Positions 1 to 10,315 are shown, numbered from the stretch's first letter. The stretch is 64,000 nucleotides of DNA from an uncultured Gemmatimonadaceae bacterium (GCA_963790305.1 CAWBOC010000013.1:32001-96000); one strand, 5' to 3'. Translations and numbers: made by a program. The notes: generated by a model not told the origin, from the letters alone.

Positions 1-558
1 GATGAATCGGGCGCCGTGCTGATCTTCGACGAGATCAAGACCGGATTCCGACTCAAGCCGGGCGGGTATCAGGAGCTGGTGGATGTCATGCCCGACCTCG
101 CCGTCTTCGGAAAAGCGCTGGCCAACGGATACCCGCTGTCCGCGGTGGTGGGCCGCGAGTCCATCATGCGCGCCGCCAGCGATACCTGGATCTCCTCGAC
201 GCTGGCGAGCGAGACGGTGGCCCTGGCCGCAGCGCGAGCCGTCATCGAGTGGCATGCCCGGGCCGAGGTGTGCGAATCGCTGGGCGAGGTCGGTGCGGAA
301 ATGCGAGCGGCAGTCGATCGAGCGATTATCGCCAGTCGCATCAATGGCGTCCGAGTCGATGGCCTCGATCACATGTGGCTCATACGCTTTGATTCCCCTG
401 CACGCGAGAGCCGGTTCCTCGAGCTCGCCGTCGAGGCCGGCGTGCTGTTCAAGCGGGGCGCCTACGATTTCCCGTCGCTGGCGCACGATGAGGAAGCGAT
501 CGCGGAGATCGAGAGCGCCGCCAGCTCGGCGCTCGTGCGGCTTCGCGACGAGGAGTGA
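1..558 (+). CDS. Class III PLP-dependent aminotransferase (GSA-aminomutase-like), C-terminal part; 5' end outside the window
   Basis: Frame open from base 1; LIFDEIKTGFR and PDLAVFGKALANG (PLP lysine) motifs. Confidence 0.85.
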   Translation, partial: DESGAVLIFDEIKTGFRLKPGGYQELVDVMPDLAVFGKALANGYPLSAVVGRESIMRAASDTWISSTLASETVALAAARAVIEWHARAEVCESLGEVGAEMRAAVDRAIIASRINGVRVDGLDHMWLIRFDSPARESRFLELAVEAGVLFKRGAYDFPSLAHDEEAIAEIESAASSALVRLRDEE

Positions 559-565
559 TCGCTGC

Positions 566-1444
566 GTGACGGACCAGCCGTTGGCGGGGCGTGACCCGCT
601 CATCGAGGTCCACGCCCACTTTCTGCACTCGCGGTGTGGTCGCAGGGATTGGCGGGAGCGCAACGCCTCGCGGCTGCGCGCGGGTGAGCGCATCGGCATC
701 ACCGTCCACGTTGCCTCCATTCTCGGCTCGTGGGGACACACCTCGCCCATCTACTTCCCATCGCCGCCCGATGTGTCGCTCGGCAACGACGAGATGCTGG
801 CACTGCAACAGCGGGAGGGCGACCGCGTTCGGAGTTACGTGACGGTGAATCCCAACGACACCGAGCACGCGCTGGCTGAAATCGGACGGTGTCTCACCCA
901 GGGCGCCATCGGCATCAAGCTCGCGGCGAGTCGCCGGGCAGATGATCCTCTGCTGGATCCGATCGCCGAGGAAGCTGCACGTCGCGGCGTGCCGGTGCTT
1001 CAGCACGTTTGGCAGCACCGCCGCCGGGACTGGCCGGGGCAGGAGGCGTCAGACGGGATGGAGCTGGCGCGACTCGCCATCCGGCACCCCGGCGTGTCGT
1101 TCATTCTCGCCCACATCGGCGGGGGAGGGGACTGGCAGCACACGCTTCCGGCGCTCGCCAATGTGCCTAACGTGTACGTCGACCTGTCCGGGAGCGGGGT
1201 GGATCGTGGGATGCTGGACCGGACCGTCGCCGCCGTCGGCGCGTCACGAATGCTCTGGGGCTCCGATCTCACGATGGAGACCGGGCTCGCGAAGCTGTGG
1301 GCGCTCGAGGTGATCGGTCTCTCCTCGCAGGACCTCGCCGCGATCCGATGGCGCAACGCCGCGAGAATTTTCCCGGTGGGCAGCTTTCCGGCGATCGAGA
1401 GCGCCGACGCGGCGGCGCGCCGCACACCGGCGAGGGCGTCGTGA
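566..1444 (+). CDS. Amidohydrolase_2-family metal-dependent hydrolase
   Basis: GTG at 566 within ORF 83..1444; EVHAH, LQH, ILAHIGG, VYVDLSG and LWGSD motifs. Confidence 0.8.
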   Translation: MTDQPLAGRDPLIEVHAHFLHSRCGRRDWRERNASRLRAGERIGITVHVASILGSWGHTSPIYFPSPPDVSLGNDEMLALQQREGDRVRSYVTVNPNDTEHALAEIGRCLTQGAIGIKLAASRRADDPLLDPIAEEAARRGVPVLQHVWQHRRRDWPGQEASDGMELARLAIRHPGVSFILAHIGGGGDWQHTLPALANVPNVYVDLSGSGVDRGMLDRTVAAVGASRMLWGSDLTMETGLAKLWALEVIGLSSQDLAAIRWRNAARIFPVGSFPAIESADAAARRTPARAS

Positions 1445-2230
1445 CGATCGACGTGCACACATGGATCGGGCCGTATCCGTTCCGGGACGTGCCCCATCCC
1501 GATCCGGAGGTCCTCGTCCGCGTGCTGGAGCGCGAGGGTGTGAACGGGGCATGGGTCGGCCATCTGCCGTCCGCGTTCTGGCGCGATCCGTCGACTGGCA
1601 ACGATGCGCTCGTTCGCGCGCTGGAGCGCTGGCCCGACGTCCTTCGTCCTGTTCCGTGCGTACGTCCCGATTGGCCGCAATGGGAGCGCTCATTGCGAGA
1701 CATTGCCGGCCGTGGCGTTCAGGCGGTGCGCGCCTATCCGCCGCAATGGGGTCTGTCCCCCCAGGACCGGTCGATGCTCGATCTCGCCGTTGCCTGCGGT
1801 GACCTGGGTGTGGTGCTCGTGCTCACGGCACGCTTCGAGGATCTACGACAGCGGCATTGGATGGACACCGCCGGCGACCTGAGCGGTGCGGCGATCCGAT
1901 CGATTGTGCGTGCCAGCGAGCGGGTGCACGTGATTGTGTGCGCGGCGGGGAGGGCCCTGATCGAGGAAGTTCATTGGGGGCTCACGCCGGGCGAGCGCGC
2001 GCGTATCTGGTGGGACATCTCGTGGCTGTGGGGACCGCCGGAGGATGACCTCGCGCATTCTGCTACGAACCTGCGGAGCCGAGCGGTTCGTATACGGCAG
2101 CGCGTGGCCGTTGCGTCTCACACAGACGCCGCGCGCAAACCTCGCGTTGCTTCCCGACGACCTCAGCGGGGCGACGCTGACGACCGCGAACGAGATCGCG
2201 AAGTCCGCGCAGTCGGCAGTGCGGACGTAG
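1441..2230 (+). CDS. Amidohydrolase-fold protein with degenerate metal ligands; +1 frameshift near 2058
   Basis: GTG overlaps the previous stop; IDVHTWIG start; C-terminus GAERFVYGSAWP lies in the next frame (ORF 2045..2230). Confidence 0.7.
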
Positions 2231-2276
2231 GTCGGTGCGCTCTGAAATCCGACTTCTTCACGGTTCTCATAGACCC

Positions 2277-2306
2277 TTGCGAAGCGCCCGGAGATCAGAG
2301 CATTAT
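2277..2306 (+). promoter_or_regulatory. Candidate sigma70 promoter of the act operon
   Basis: TTGCGA-N18-CATTAT upstream of the Rex box and actA. Confidence 0.4.
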
Positions 2307-2323
2307 ACCCGCCGTTGAGTGGG

Positions 2324-2343
2324 CTTGTGAACAATTTCACAAG
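2324..2343. promoter_or_regulatory. Rex operator
   Basis: cTTGTGAA-caat-TTCACAAg matches the Rex consensus TTGTGAA-N4-TTCACAA exactly, about 33 bp upstream of actA. Confidence 0.8.
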
Positions 2344-2375
2344 ACGTCGGCCTCCATCCACGCACCCTGCGCGCG

Positions 2376-2912
2376 ATGACGAATAGGAAGAAGTGGGCGG
2401 TGTACCCCGGGCTCCTCGCCCTGGCCGCCGCTGCCATCCTCCTTTCCGCCGTCAGCGGCGGGTCCACTCCGCAAGGCCGCGCCCCCGAACAGCCAATTCG
2501 CTTCCCGCACAATCCACACGTCGTGGCGCTGCAGATGAACTGTCTGTATTGCCACAACTCGGCGAACAAATCCCCGGATCCGGGGCTCCCCGCGGTCGGC
2601 ACGTGCATGGGGTGCCACACGATCGTCGGCGCGCGACGCCCGGACGGCACCGAGCGACCGGAAATCGCGAAGCTCCAGCAGTTCGCGACGAAGAATCAGC
2701 CGATTCCGTGGGTGCGCATTCACAAGGTCCCGGACTACGTGCAATTCCCGCACATGCGTCACGTGAACGCCGGCGTCACCTGTCAAACCTGTCACGGACA
2801 AGTGCAGGAGATGCTCCCCGTATACCAGCAGGAGTCGCTCAACATGGGGTGGTGCGTGAACTGTCACGTGCAGCGTCAGGTCCGCTACGACTGCAGCGTG
2901 TGTCACTACTGA
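2376..2912 (+). CDS. actA: Alternative complex III pentaheme cytochrome c ActA
   Basis: Five CxxCH motifs (CLYCH, CMGCH, CQTCH, CVNCH, CSVCH), N-terminal TM helix, QPIRFPH and FPHMRH motifs. Confidence 0.9.
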   Translation: MTNRKKWAVYPGLLALAAAAILLSAVSGGSTPQGRAPEQPIRFPHNPHVVALQMNCLYCHNSANKSPDPGLPAVGTCMGCHTIVGARRPDGTERPEIAKLQQFATKNQPIPWVRIHKVPDYVQFPHMRHVNAGVTCQTCHGQVQEMLPVYQQESLNMGWCVNCHVQRQVRYDCSVCHY

Positions 2913-2916
2913 CCCG

Positions 2917-5900
2917 ATGAGCGACACGACACAGCCCACGGGCGTTCGACGCCGCGAGTTCCTGAAGATCCTCGGTGTCACCGGCGCCGGGGCGGCTGCT
3001 GCGGGCTGCGGTCCGAGCGAAGCCGGACGCCTCATTCCCTACCTGGTCAGTCCGGACCAGACCGTTCCCGGCGTCTCGACATATTTCGCCACGACCTGTC
3101 GCGAGTGCGCCGCCGCATGCGGTGTCATCGCCGAGACACGCGACGGCCGCGCTATCAAGCTCGAGGGAAATCCAGAGCATCCGCTGAACCGGGGCGCTCT
3201 CTGCGCGCGGGGGCAGGCGGCGCTACAGGGACTGTACAACCCCGACCGCTACAATGGCCCACGCGTCCGTCGTGAGGGACGCCTCGTGGATATCACGTGG
3301 CCGGAGGCGGTGCAGCTGTTTCGCCAGCGGCTCGACGAGGCTCGGTCGAGCGGACGTGGAGGGGATGCCGTATTCCTCAACCGCCATGAGACGGGAAGCT
3401 TTCCATTCTTCCTCGATCAGTGGCTGAGCGCGATGGGGTTGGCGCCGCATCTCGCGGTCGATCCCCTGATGGATCACGCAGTCATCGCCGCCAATCGTGA
3501 GGCATACGGCGTTGCGTGGCCGTCCCTCTCGTTCGCCGATGCGCGGCTCATCGTCTCCATCGGCGCCGATTTCCTCGATGCGTGGGGCGCGAGCGTTCCA
3601 CAGCAGCTCGATTTCGCCGAGGCGCGGGCGAAAATGGCGGGCGCGCCTCGCTTCGTGTACATCGGCGCGCGCCGCTCTCTCACCGGCCTCAATGCCGATG
3701 AGTGGATCCCCGCGCGAAGCGGGAGCGAGCTCGTCGTCGCCAACGCGCTGCTCGCTGCGGTCCGTGGCGGCGGGCGAGCCGACATGGCGGGAGCCGCGAG
3801 CGCGGCGGATGTCCCGGTCGAGACGCTTCAGCGGTTAGGCGCCGAGCTGGCCGCCGCGCGCCCGAATCTCGTGATGTCCGGCGTGAGCACGGTCAACGCG
3901 CGCGAGGTCGCACGCGCCGTGAACGCGATCAATCAGGCGTCCGGAAACGTGGGAGTCACGATTCGGCCGGCGACGCCGATCAGCGCGTTCGAGGGCGCCG
4001 CCACGATCGCGGACATGAGTGCCGCACTCGAACGGATGCGAGGCGGACTCGTTCCACTGGTCATGCTTCGCGGGGTGAACCCGATGTTCACCATGCCGAA
4101 GTCGGCGCAGGTAGCCGAAGCGCTCGAGCGTGTGCCGTTCAAGGTGGCCTTTACCAGCTATCCCGACGAGACCGCCGAGCTGTGCGATCTCGTCCTCCCC
4201 GATCACCACCCACTCGAGTCGTGGGGAGACGCCCAGGCCACGCCTAACGTGGTGTCGCTGCAGCAGCCGGCGATGGATCCGGTGTTCCGCACGCGTGCAA
4301 CCGCGGACGTCCTGCTCGAGGTCGCTGCGGCGACGCCTCAGGCCGCTGGCCGGGTCACTGGCACGGATTATCGCTCCTGGCTGATCAGTCGGTTTCCCGG
4401 CGGCGGGACGGCATTCGCCACCGCGCTCGCGCGCGGCATAACGAGTGGAGCCACGGCGCGCCGCGCGCCGCGGGCGCCAACCCCCGCCGACGCGACGACG
4501 GTTCCCGCTCCCGTCGAAGGCGACGGCGACTTCATTCTCGTGGTCTATCCGTCGGCCGTGCTCGGGGCCGATGGTGCGAACAAGCCCTGGTTGCAGGAGC
4601 TGCCCGATCCCGTCAGCAAGATCTGCTGGCAGTCGTGGATCGAGATGCATCCCGAGACCGGCGCGCGGCTGGACATTCAGCCTGGTGACGTGATCGAGGT
4701 GCAGGGCGCCGGTGGCACCGTACGCGCGCCGGCGTACCTCTATCCGGGCATTCGCCGCGACACGGTCGCCATGGCATTCGGGCAGGGACACACAGCCTAC
4801 GGCCGATTCGCGAAAGATGTCGGCGCCAATCCGCTCGATGCGCTCAGCCTCGGCTTCGATCGCGGAGGGATGGCGGCATGGAGCGGCTCGCGGGTGCGCG
4901 TGAGAAAGGTCGGAGAGTACATGCAGCTGGTGACCACGGAGGGCTCGGCGCGCCAGCACGGGCGCGGTATCGGGCGTGCCCTGGCGGTCACCGAGCTGGG
5001 TGGCGCTGGCGCGGCAACCGGAGAAGAGCACGCTGCCGACGTTGCACCGCAGGGCACTGGCGAAGGGGGCGCGGGCGCGGCTGTGGGCCAACCAGCCGGT
5101 GCGCATGGTGGAGGGCACGCCATCCCCGGTGACGCCTCACACGAGCCGCTGCCCGGTCTTCGCGCGCCCATCGCCGCTGATGCCGAAGGTGCGCTGCGGA
5201 ATCCCAGGAAAAACGAGGTGGGTCTCTACGATCCGGAGCATCCGACGGGAATGGCGAAGCGCCGCTGGGCGATGACGGTCGACCTCGCCCGGTGTACGGG
5301 ATGTTCGGCGTGCGTCACCGCGTGCTACGCCGAGAACAACATTCCCACCGTCGGTGCGGCGTATCAGAGCGGACACACACAGGGACTGCCGCGAAGCGCC
5401 GGTGCGAACATCCTGCGCTCGCCGCGAGATGGCGTGGATACGGCTCGAGCGCTACTGGGAGGGCGACGAGAATACCGCCGACTTCGAGACGCGATTCGTC
5501 CCGATGCTCTGCCAGCACTGCGGCAACGCGCCATGTGAGCCGGTGTGCCCGGTGTTCGCGACGTACCACTCGCCCGACGGCTTGAACGTCCAGGTCTACA
5601 ATCGCTGCGTCGGCACGCGGTACTGCTCCAACAACTGTCCATACAAGGTCCGCTACTTCAACTGGTTCGGGTACGGCGAAACCAACCGCCCGCAATACGC
5701 GTGGCCGGAGCCGCTCAACTGGCAGCTCAATCCCGACGTCACCGTCCGCGGAAAGGGCGTGATGGAGAAGTGCACCTTCTGCGTGCAGCGCATCCGCGAA
5801 GCGGAGAATCGTGCACGCTCCGAAGGACGCGAGCTCGAGCCTGACGAGTTCACGGTCGCGTGCGCGCAGGCCTGCCCTTCGCGAGCAATCATGTTCGGCG

Positions 5901-6070
5901 ATGCCGCGGACGAGCGCTGGACCGTTGCGCGGCAGGTGCACGATGAGCGGGCGTACCATGTCTTCGAGGAGCTGAACACCTTCACCGCTGTGGTCTATTT
6001 GAAGAAGGTCACTCACCCGGCACCTGCTGCGCCGGGGGCGCCCGCGGCAGCCGCGCCGGCGGGCGGGTAG
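2917..6070 (+). CDS. actB: ACIII ActB (molybdopterin-oxidoreductase-like domain fused to Fe-S domain), Tat signal; +1 frameshift near 5422
   Basis: RRREFLK Tat motif; [57 protein letters not shown]; split over ORFs 2917..5538 and 5354..6070. Confidence 0.9.
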
Positions 6071-6080
6071 GAGGCGACAC

Positions 6081-7535
6081 ATGGCTAGCGTCGCCCGCCC
6101 AGTCGAGGAGATGCCGCGTCCGAACATCCCGTCGGCGAACATTCAGCTTCCCGCCGTTCGGAGCTACCAGCAGGTCAACGACGAGATCATCGCGACGCTC
6201 ACGCCGACCGTCGCCTGGTTCATCGGCCTCGGGATCGCGATCACCGCGCTGCTGATCGGGATCGGCACCTGGATTTATCAGATCTACATGGGCCTCGGCG
6301 TCGCCGGCTACAACCCGCCGGTGATGTGGGGCGTGTACATCATCACCTTCGTGTTCTGGGTCGGTATCGGGCACGCGGGCACGCTGATCTCCGCCATTCT
6401 CTATCTGTTCCGCGCCGGGTTCCGCACGACGATCTATCGATGCGCGGAAGCGATGACCGTCTTCGCCGTCATGACGGCGGGACTCTTCCCGATTCTGCAC
6501 CTCGGGCGGCCGTGGAAGTTCTTCTGGCTGATTCCATACCCGCACTGGCGCTTCATCTGGCCAAACTTCAAGAGTCCGCTGGTGTGGGACGTGTTCGCGA
6601 TCCTCACGTACCTCACCGTCTCGACGACGTTTTTGTACGTGGGACTTGTTCCGGACATAGCGGCGCTGCGCGATCGCGAGCTCAACCCCATTCGCAAGCG
6701 GATCTATTCGATCCTCTCGCTCGGGTGGCGAAACAGCGATCGCGAATGGCGCCACTTCACGCGCGCGTATCTGTTCCTCGCCGCGTTCTCGACACCGCTC
6801 GTGCTCTCCGTGCACTCGGTGGTGTCGTTCGACTTCGCGATGGCGCTCGTTCCCGGGTGGCACGCGACGATCTTCCCGCCGTACTTCGTCGCCGGGGCCA
6901 TCTTCTCCGGCATCGGGATGGTGTTCACGATCATCATCCCGCTGCGTCGGTGGTTTGGCCTGCGCCACTACGTGACGATCAATCATCTCGACGCCGCGGC
7001 CAAGCTGTGCCTCTTCACGTCGCTCGTGGTTGGCCTCGCGTATCTCACCGAGTTCTGGGTGGCGTGGTTCAGCGGCAACAAGGTCGAGCAGGAGTACTTC
7101 ATGAACCGCGTCTTCGGCCAGTGGTGGTGGGCCGCGTGGATCATGCTCACCTGCAACATGATCTTGCCGCTGACGCTGTTCTCGCAGCGGATGCGTCGCA
7201 ACACCACGTGGCTCTTCATCCTGAGCCTGTTCATCAATCTCGGGATGTGGTTCGAGCGCTTCGTGATCGTCGTGCCGTCACTCTCCCACGAGTTCGAGCC
7301 CTGGCAGTGGACGACGTATGCGCCCACATGGGTCGACTGGTCGATCCTGATGGGCAGCTTTGGCTGGTTCTCGATGTGGTTCCTGCTCTTCATCAAGCAG
7401 TTCCCGGTCATCGCGATCTCCGAGGTGAAGGAGATCGTCCCGCCGCGCCTGCGGACGCACGCGGCGACCACGGAGATCAACGTCTCGGGGCAGCACGTCG
7501 ACTACTCGCCTGAGACTCCCGGAGAACACGAGTAA
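6081..7535 (+). CDS. actC: ACIII ActC (NrfD/PsrC-family quinol-binding membrane subunit)
   Basis: FVFWVGIGHAGTLISAIL, HLGRPW, NFKSPLVWD and LSVHSVVSFDFA motifs. Confidence 0.92.
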   Translation: MASVARPVEEMPRPNIPSANIQLPAVRSYQQVNDEIIATLTPTVAWFIGLGIAITALLIGIGTWIYQIYMGLGVAGYNPPVMWGVYIITFVFWVGIGHAGTLISAILYLFRAGFRTTIYRCAEAMTVFAVMTAGLFPILHLGRPWKFFWLIPYPHWRFIWPNFKSPLVWDVFAILTYLTVSTTFLYVGLVPDIAALRDRELNPIRKRIYSILSLGWRNSDREWRHFTRAYLFLAAFSTPLVLSVHSVVSFDFAMALVPGWHATIFPPYFVAGAIFSGIGMVFTIIIPLRRWFGLRHYVTINHLDAAAKLCLFTSLVVGLAYLTEFWVAWFSGNKVEQEYFMNRVFGQWWWAAWIMLTCNMILPLTLFSQRMRRNTTWLFILSLFINLGMWFERFVIVVPSLSHEFEPWQWTTYAPTWVDWSILMGSFGWFSMWFLLFIKQFPVIAISEVKEIVPPRLRTHAATTEINVSGQHVDYSPETPGEHE

Positions 7536-8035
7536 TGGCTGGCGTCCTTGGCGTGTTCCGCGAGCTCGATGCTGCTGTCGATGCCATCGCCGCCCTTCGT
7601 CAGGCGAAGGCGGGGTCGATCACCGTGTACAGTCCGACGCCGCGACACGAGTTCGAGCACGCGCTCGCGCACGGGCCAAGCGTCGTCAGGCGCTTCACGC
7701 TCATCGGCGGACTGCTCGGCGTCACCTTCGGCTTCTGGATCGCGATCTGGGTCTCCGAGTACTGGCCGATGGTGGTCGGCGGCAAACCCATTCCATCATG
7801 GGTCCCGTACACGATCATCGGGTTCGAGGTCATGGTGCTCGTCGGCGCGCTGTCGACCGTTTTCGGCATGTTCGCCGTGGCGCGGGTTCCGCGCCTGATG
7901 ATGACCGTTGGCTACGATGCGCGCTTCAGCGACGGCGATTACGGGATTTGGGTCGAGTGCCCGCCCGATCGCGAGGCGAAGGTGACGCAGGTGCTGCAGG
8001 AGAACGGAGCGGCGGAGGTGCGGCGTGAGCGCTGA
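7535..8035 (+). CDS. actD: ACIII ActD (DUF3341)
   Basis: VYSPTP, WPMVVGGKP and IGFE motifs; two TM helices; operon position. Confidence 0.85.
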   Translation: MAGVLGVFRELDAAVDAIAALRQAKAGSITVYSPTPRHEFEHALAHGPSVVRRFTLIGGLLGVTFGFWIAIWVSEYWPMVVGGKPIPSWVPYTIIGFEVMVLVGALSTVFGMFAVARVPRLMMTVGYDARFSDGDYGIWVECPPDREAKVTQVLQENGAAEVRRER

Positions 8036-8834
8036 GCATCGAATGCGGAAGGCGGAAGACGGAATGCGGGACGCCGGGAGACTCCGCGTCGCGCTCGACG
8101 CATCTCGTCGTCCGTCATTCCGCATTCCGGTTTCCGCATTCGCGTTCGTTCTCGCCGGGTGTCCTTGGTTCACCACCTTCTCCGACCAGCCTCGACAGGA
8201 GCCGTGGGAGCAGCAGTGGAGCGACACGGTGACGTGGCTTGGCGTGCGGCCCGAGAGCCTGCCTCCGCGCGGGAATCCACAGTTTTCCGTTCCTATCTAT
8301 GGCACCACCGTCGCCGCGTTCGTGATCTCGAGTCAGCCCACACCCGCGGCGCTCGACTCCCTCGCGCTGCTGCCGAACCCGACGCCGGTGTCGGACAGCT
8401 CTCTCGCCAACGGGCGCCGCCACTATCAGATCAATTGCGCGGTGTGCCACGGAGCGGCGGGGGCAGGAGACGGTCCGGTGACGCGCTACGGTTTGCCGGC
8501 GCCATCGCTGGTCGCCGACATCACGAAGAATCGCAGCGATGGCTACATCTACGGTGTCATTCGCAACGGCCGCGGTCTCATGCCTCCATACAACCGGGTG
8601 GAGGACATGGATCGGTGGGACGTCGTCAACTATCTACGCGGCCTGCAGGGGCGTCTCGGGGCCCCGGTGTCGACTGAGCCCGCCGGGCAGCCGGGCGAGA
8701 ACGGTCCCGCGGTGCCCACGCATTCGCTGACAGCCCCCACGCGACCGGTGCCCTTTGCGCGCCCGACGGCGGCGCCGAGAGAAGCGCCATCGGACACGAC
8801 GGCGGCTGCCGCGCCGCCCGGAGCGCATCGATGA
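8025..8834 (+). CDS. actE: ACIII ActE monoheme cytochrome c lipoprotein
   Basis: Lipobox VLAGC, CAVCH, GRGLMPPY distal Met, DRWDVVNY. Confidence 0.85.
   Translation: MSAEHRMRKAEDGMRDAGRLRVALDASRRPSFRIPVSAFAFVLAGCPWFTTFSDQPRQEPWEQQWSDTVTWLGVRPESLPPRGNPQFSVPIYGTTVAAFVISSQPTPAALDSLALLPNPTPVSDSSLANGRRHYQINCAVCHGAAGAGDGPVTRYGLPAPSLVADITKNRSDGYIYGVIRNGRGLMPPYNRVEDMDRWDVVNYLRGLQGRLGAPVSTEPAGQPGENGPAVPTHSLTAPTRPVPFARPTAAPREAPSDTTAAAAPPGAHR
8040..8142. repeat. Heptamer-built imperfect palindrome inside the 5' end of actE
   Basis: Left arm gaatgcg/gaaggcg/gaagacg/gaatgcg; right arm ttccgca/ttccggt/ttccgca; ends CGAATGCGGAA...TTCCGCATTCG. Confidence 0.8.
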
Positions 8835-10156
8835 GCGCGCATCACGACGCGCACGTGCTCACGCGCGAGGAGATCCTCAGCGCGACCGATCGCCCGATCG
8901 GGCGCGGAGTGAAGCTCCTCAGCGTCATCCTCGCGATTCTCGGCGCGGTCGTCTTTCTGTTCGGGGCGATTCAGGGCGAGAACCGCGCGTGGCAAGCGCT
9001 GCATGTGAACTGGCTGTTCTTCGTCTCGGTGTCACAGGCCGCCATCGTCTTCGTTGCCGTTCAGCGCATCACCACCGCGCGCTGGTCGCGCCCCGTGGTG
9101 CGCTTTCTCGAAGGGTACGTCGCCTTTCTTCCCGTGGCGTTCCTTCTTCTGGTGCTGATCTTCCTCGGCCGGCACCACATCTTCCCGTGGACGCACGAGG
9201 CTCCACCGGTGCCGGAGAAGGTCCTGTGGTTCGATCCCGCCTTCCTCATCGGCCGGGATCTGGTGGCCTTCGGCATTCTCGTGCTGCTGAGCGTGTGGTA
9301 CATCTACACCTCCGTTCGCCTCAATGTCGGCCGTTCGCAGGAGGCGGGTGCGCGGTGGGCTCGCGGCCTTCGCGACCGCATGCGCCGAGGGTTCGGCGAC
9401 GAGCGTCGGGAGATTCACACGACGCATTCGCGACAGGGACGGCTGGCCGTGTTCCTGTGCCTCGCATTCGGCTTCTTCATGTCGCTGCTGTCGTGGGATC
9501 TCTCCATGACGCTCGACATGCATTTCCAGAGCACGCTCTACTCGTGGTGGTTCTTCATGGGTGGGTGGCTCGGCGCCCTCATGAGCTGGGCACTCCTGAC
9601 AATGTGGTGGCGGCGGCACCTGAACGCGTACGACCTCATTACCGAACATCACTTCCACGATCTCGGAAAGCTGTGCTTCGCGTTCACCGCCTTCTGGGGC
9701 TACCTCACCTTCGGCCAGTACCTCGTGATCTGGTACGGCAACATGGGGGAAGAGACGCACTGGGCGCGGCTGCGCCTCATCGCGCCGTGGCTGAAGTTCA
9801 CGCTGCCCGTGGTCTTCCTGGTGTTCGTACTCCCGTTCTTCGGACTCCTCTCGCGCGCCGCGAAGGTGTACCTGCCCACGCTCGTGATCTTCGCGCTCTG
9901 CAGTCTGGTCGGGCTCTGGCTCCTGCGGTACGTCGAGGTGTACCCGTCTCTGCATTACGAGTCGGCGCACGCGCCGTTCGGGCTCTACGAGATCGGAGTG
10001 ACGCTCGGCTACCTCGGATTGTGGGGCCTCTGCTATTCGGCATTCATGGATGCCTTCCCGCGGATGCGGGTCACGCTGCTCACGTCCCCCTACCGCGATC
10101 AGGTGCAGGTGCCGTTCGATCCGGAGACCATGGAGACGATGCCGGCGCACGAATAG
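8831..10156 (+). CDS. actF: ACIII ActF (NrfD-like membrane subunit)
   Basis: About 10 TM helices; HFHDLGKLCFAFTAFWGYLTFGQYLVIWYGNMGEE. Confidence 0.88.
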   Translation: MSAHHDAHVLTREEILSATDRPIGRGVKLLSVILAILGAVVFLFGAIQGENRAWQALHVNWLFFVSVSQAAIVFVAVQRITTARWSRPVVRFLEGYVAFLPVAFLLLVLIFLGRHHIFPWTHEAPPVPEKVLWFDPAFLIGRDLVAFGILVLLSVWYIYTSVRLNVGRSQEAGARWARGLRDRMRRGFGDERREIHTTHSRQGRLAVFLCLAFGFFMSLLSWDLSMTLDMHFQSTLYSWWFFMGGWLGALMSWALLTMWWRRHLNAYDLITEHHFHDLGKLCFAFTAFWGYLTFGQYLVIWYGNMGEETHWARLRLIAPWLKFTLPVVFLVFVLPFFGLLSRAAKVYLPTLVIFALCSLVGLWLLRYVEVYPSLHYESAHAPFGLYEIGVTLGYLGLWGLCYSAFMDAFPRMRVTLLTSPYRDQVQVPFDPETMETMPAHE

Positions 10157-10170
10157 GAACGGCCAAAGAC

Positions 10171-10289
10171 GTCAGGGGTCAGGAGTCAGGGTTCAGGGGG
10201 GCCAGCGATGAGGTGGCAGGGGACGCGCATTCTCTCCTGAAACCTATGCCCTGACACCCCATGATCCCTGACTCTTGACCCCCGTTGAC
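10171..10289. repeat. GTCAGGR heptamer palindrome between convergent actF and trxC
   Basis: gtcaggg gtcagga gtcaggg ttcaggg ... cctgaaa, cctgaca, ccctgac tcttgac. Confidence 0.75.
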
Positions 10290-10315
10290 TCAGCCGTTGA
10301 CCTAACGAGCTACCG

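Noticed and set aside
2917..6070. actB as two genuine genes (B1 and B2)
   Set aside because: The break falls inside the Fe-S domain after the first cluster motif and is fixed by deleting one base.
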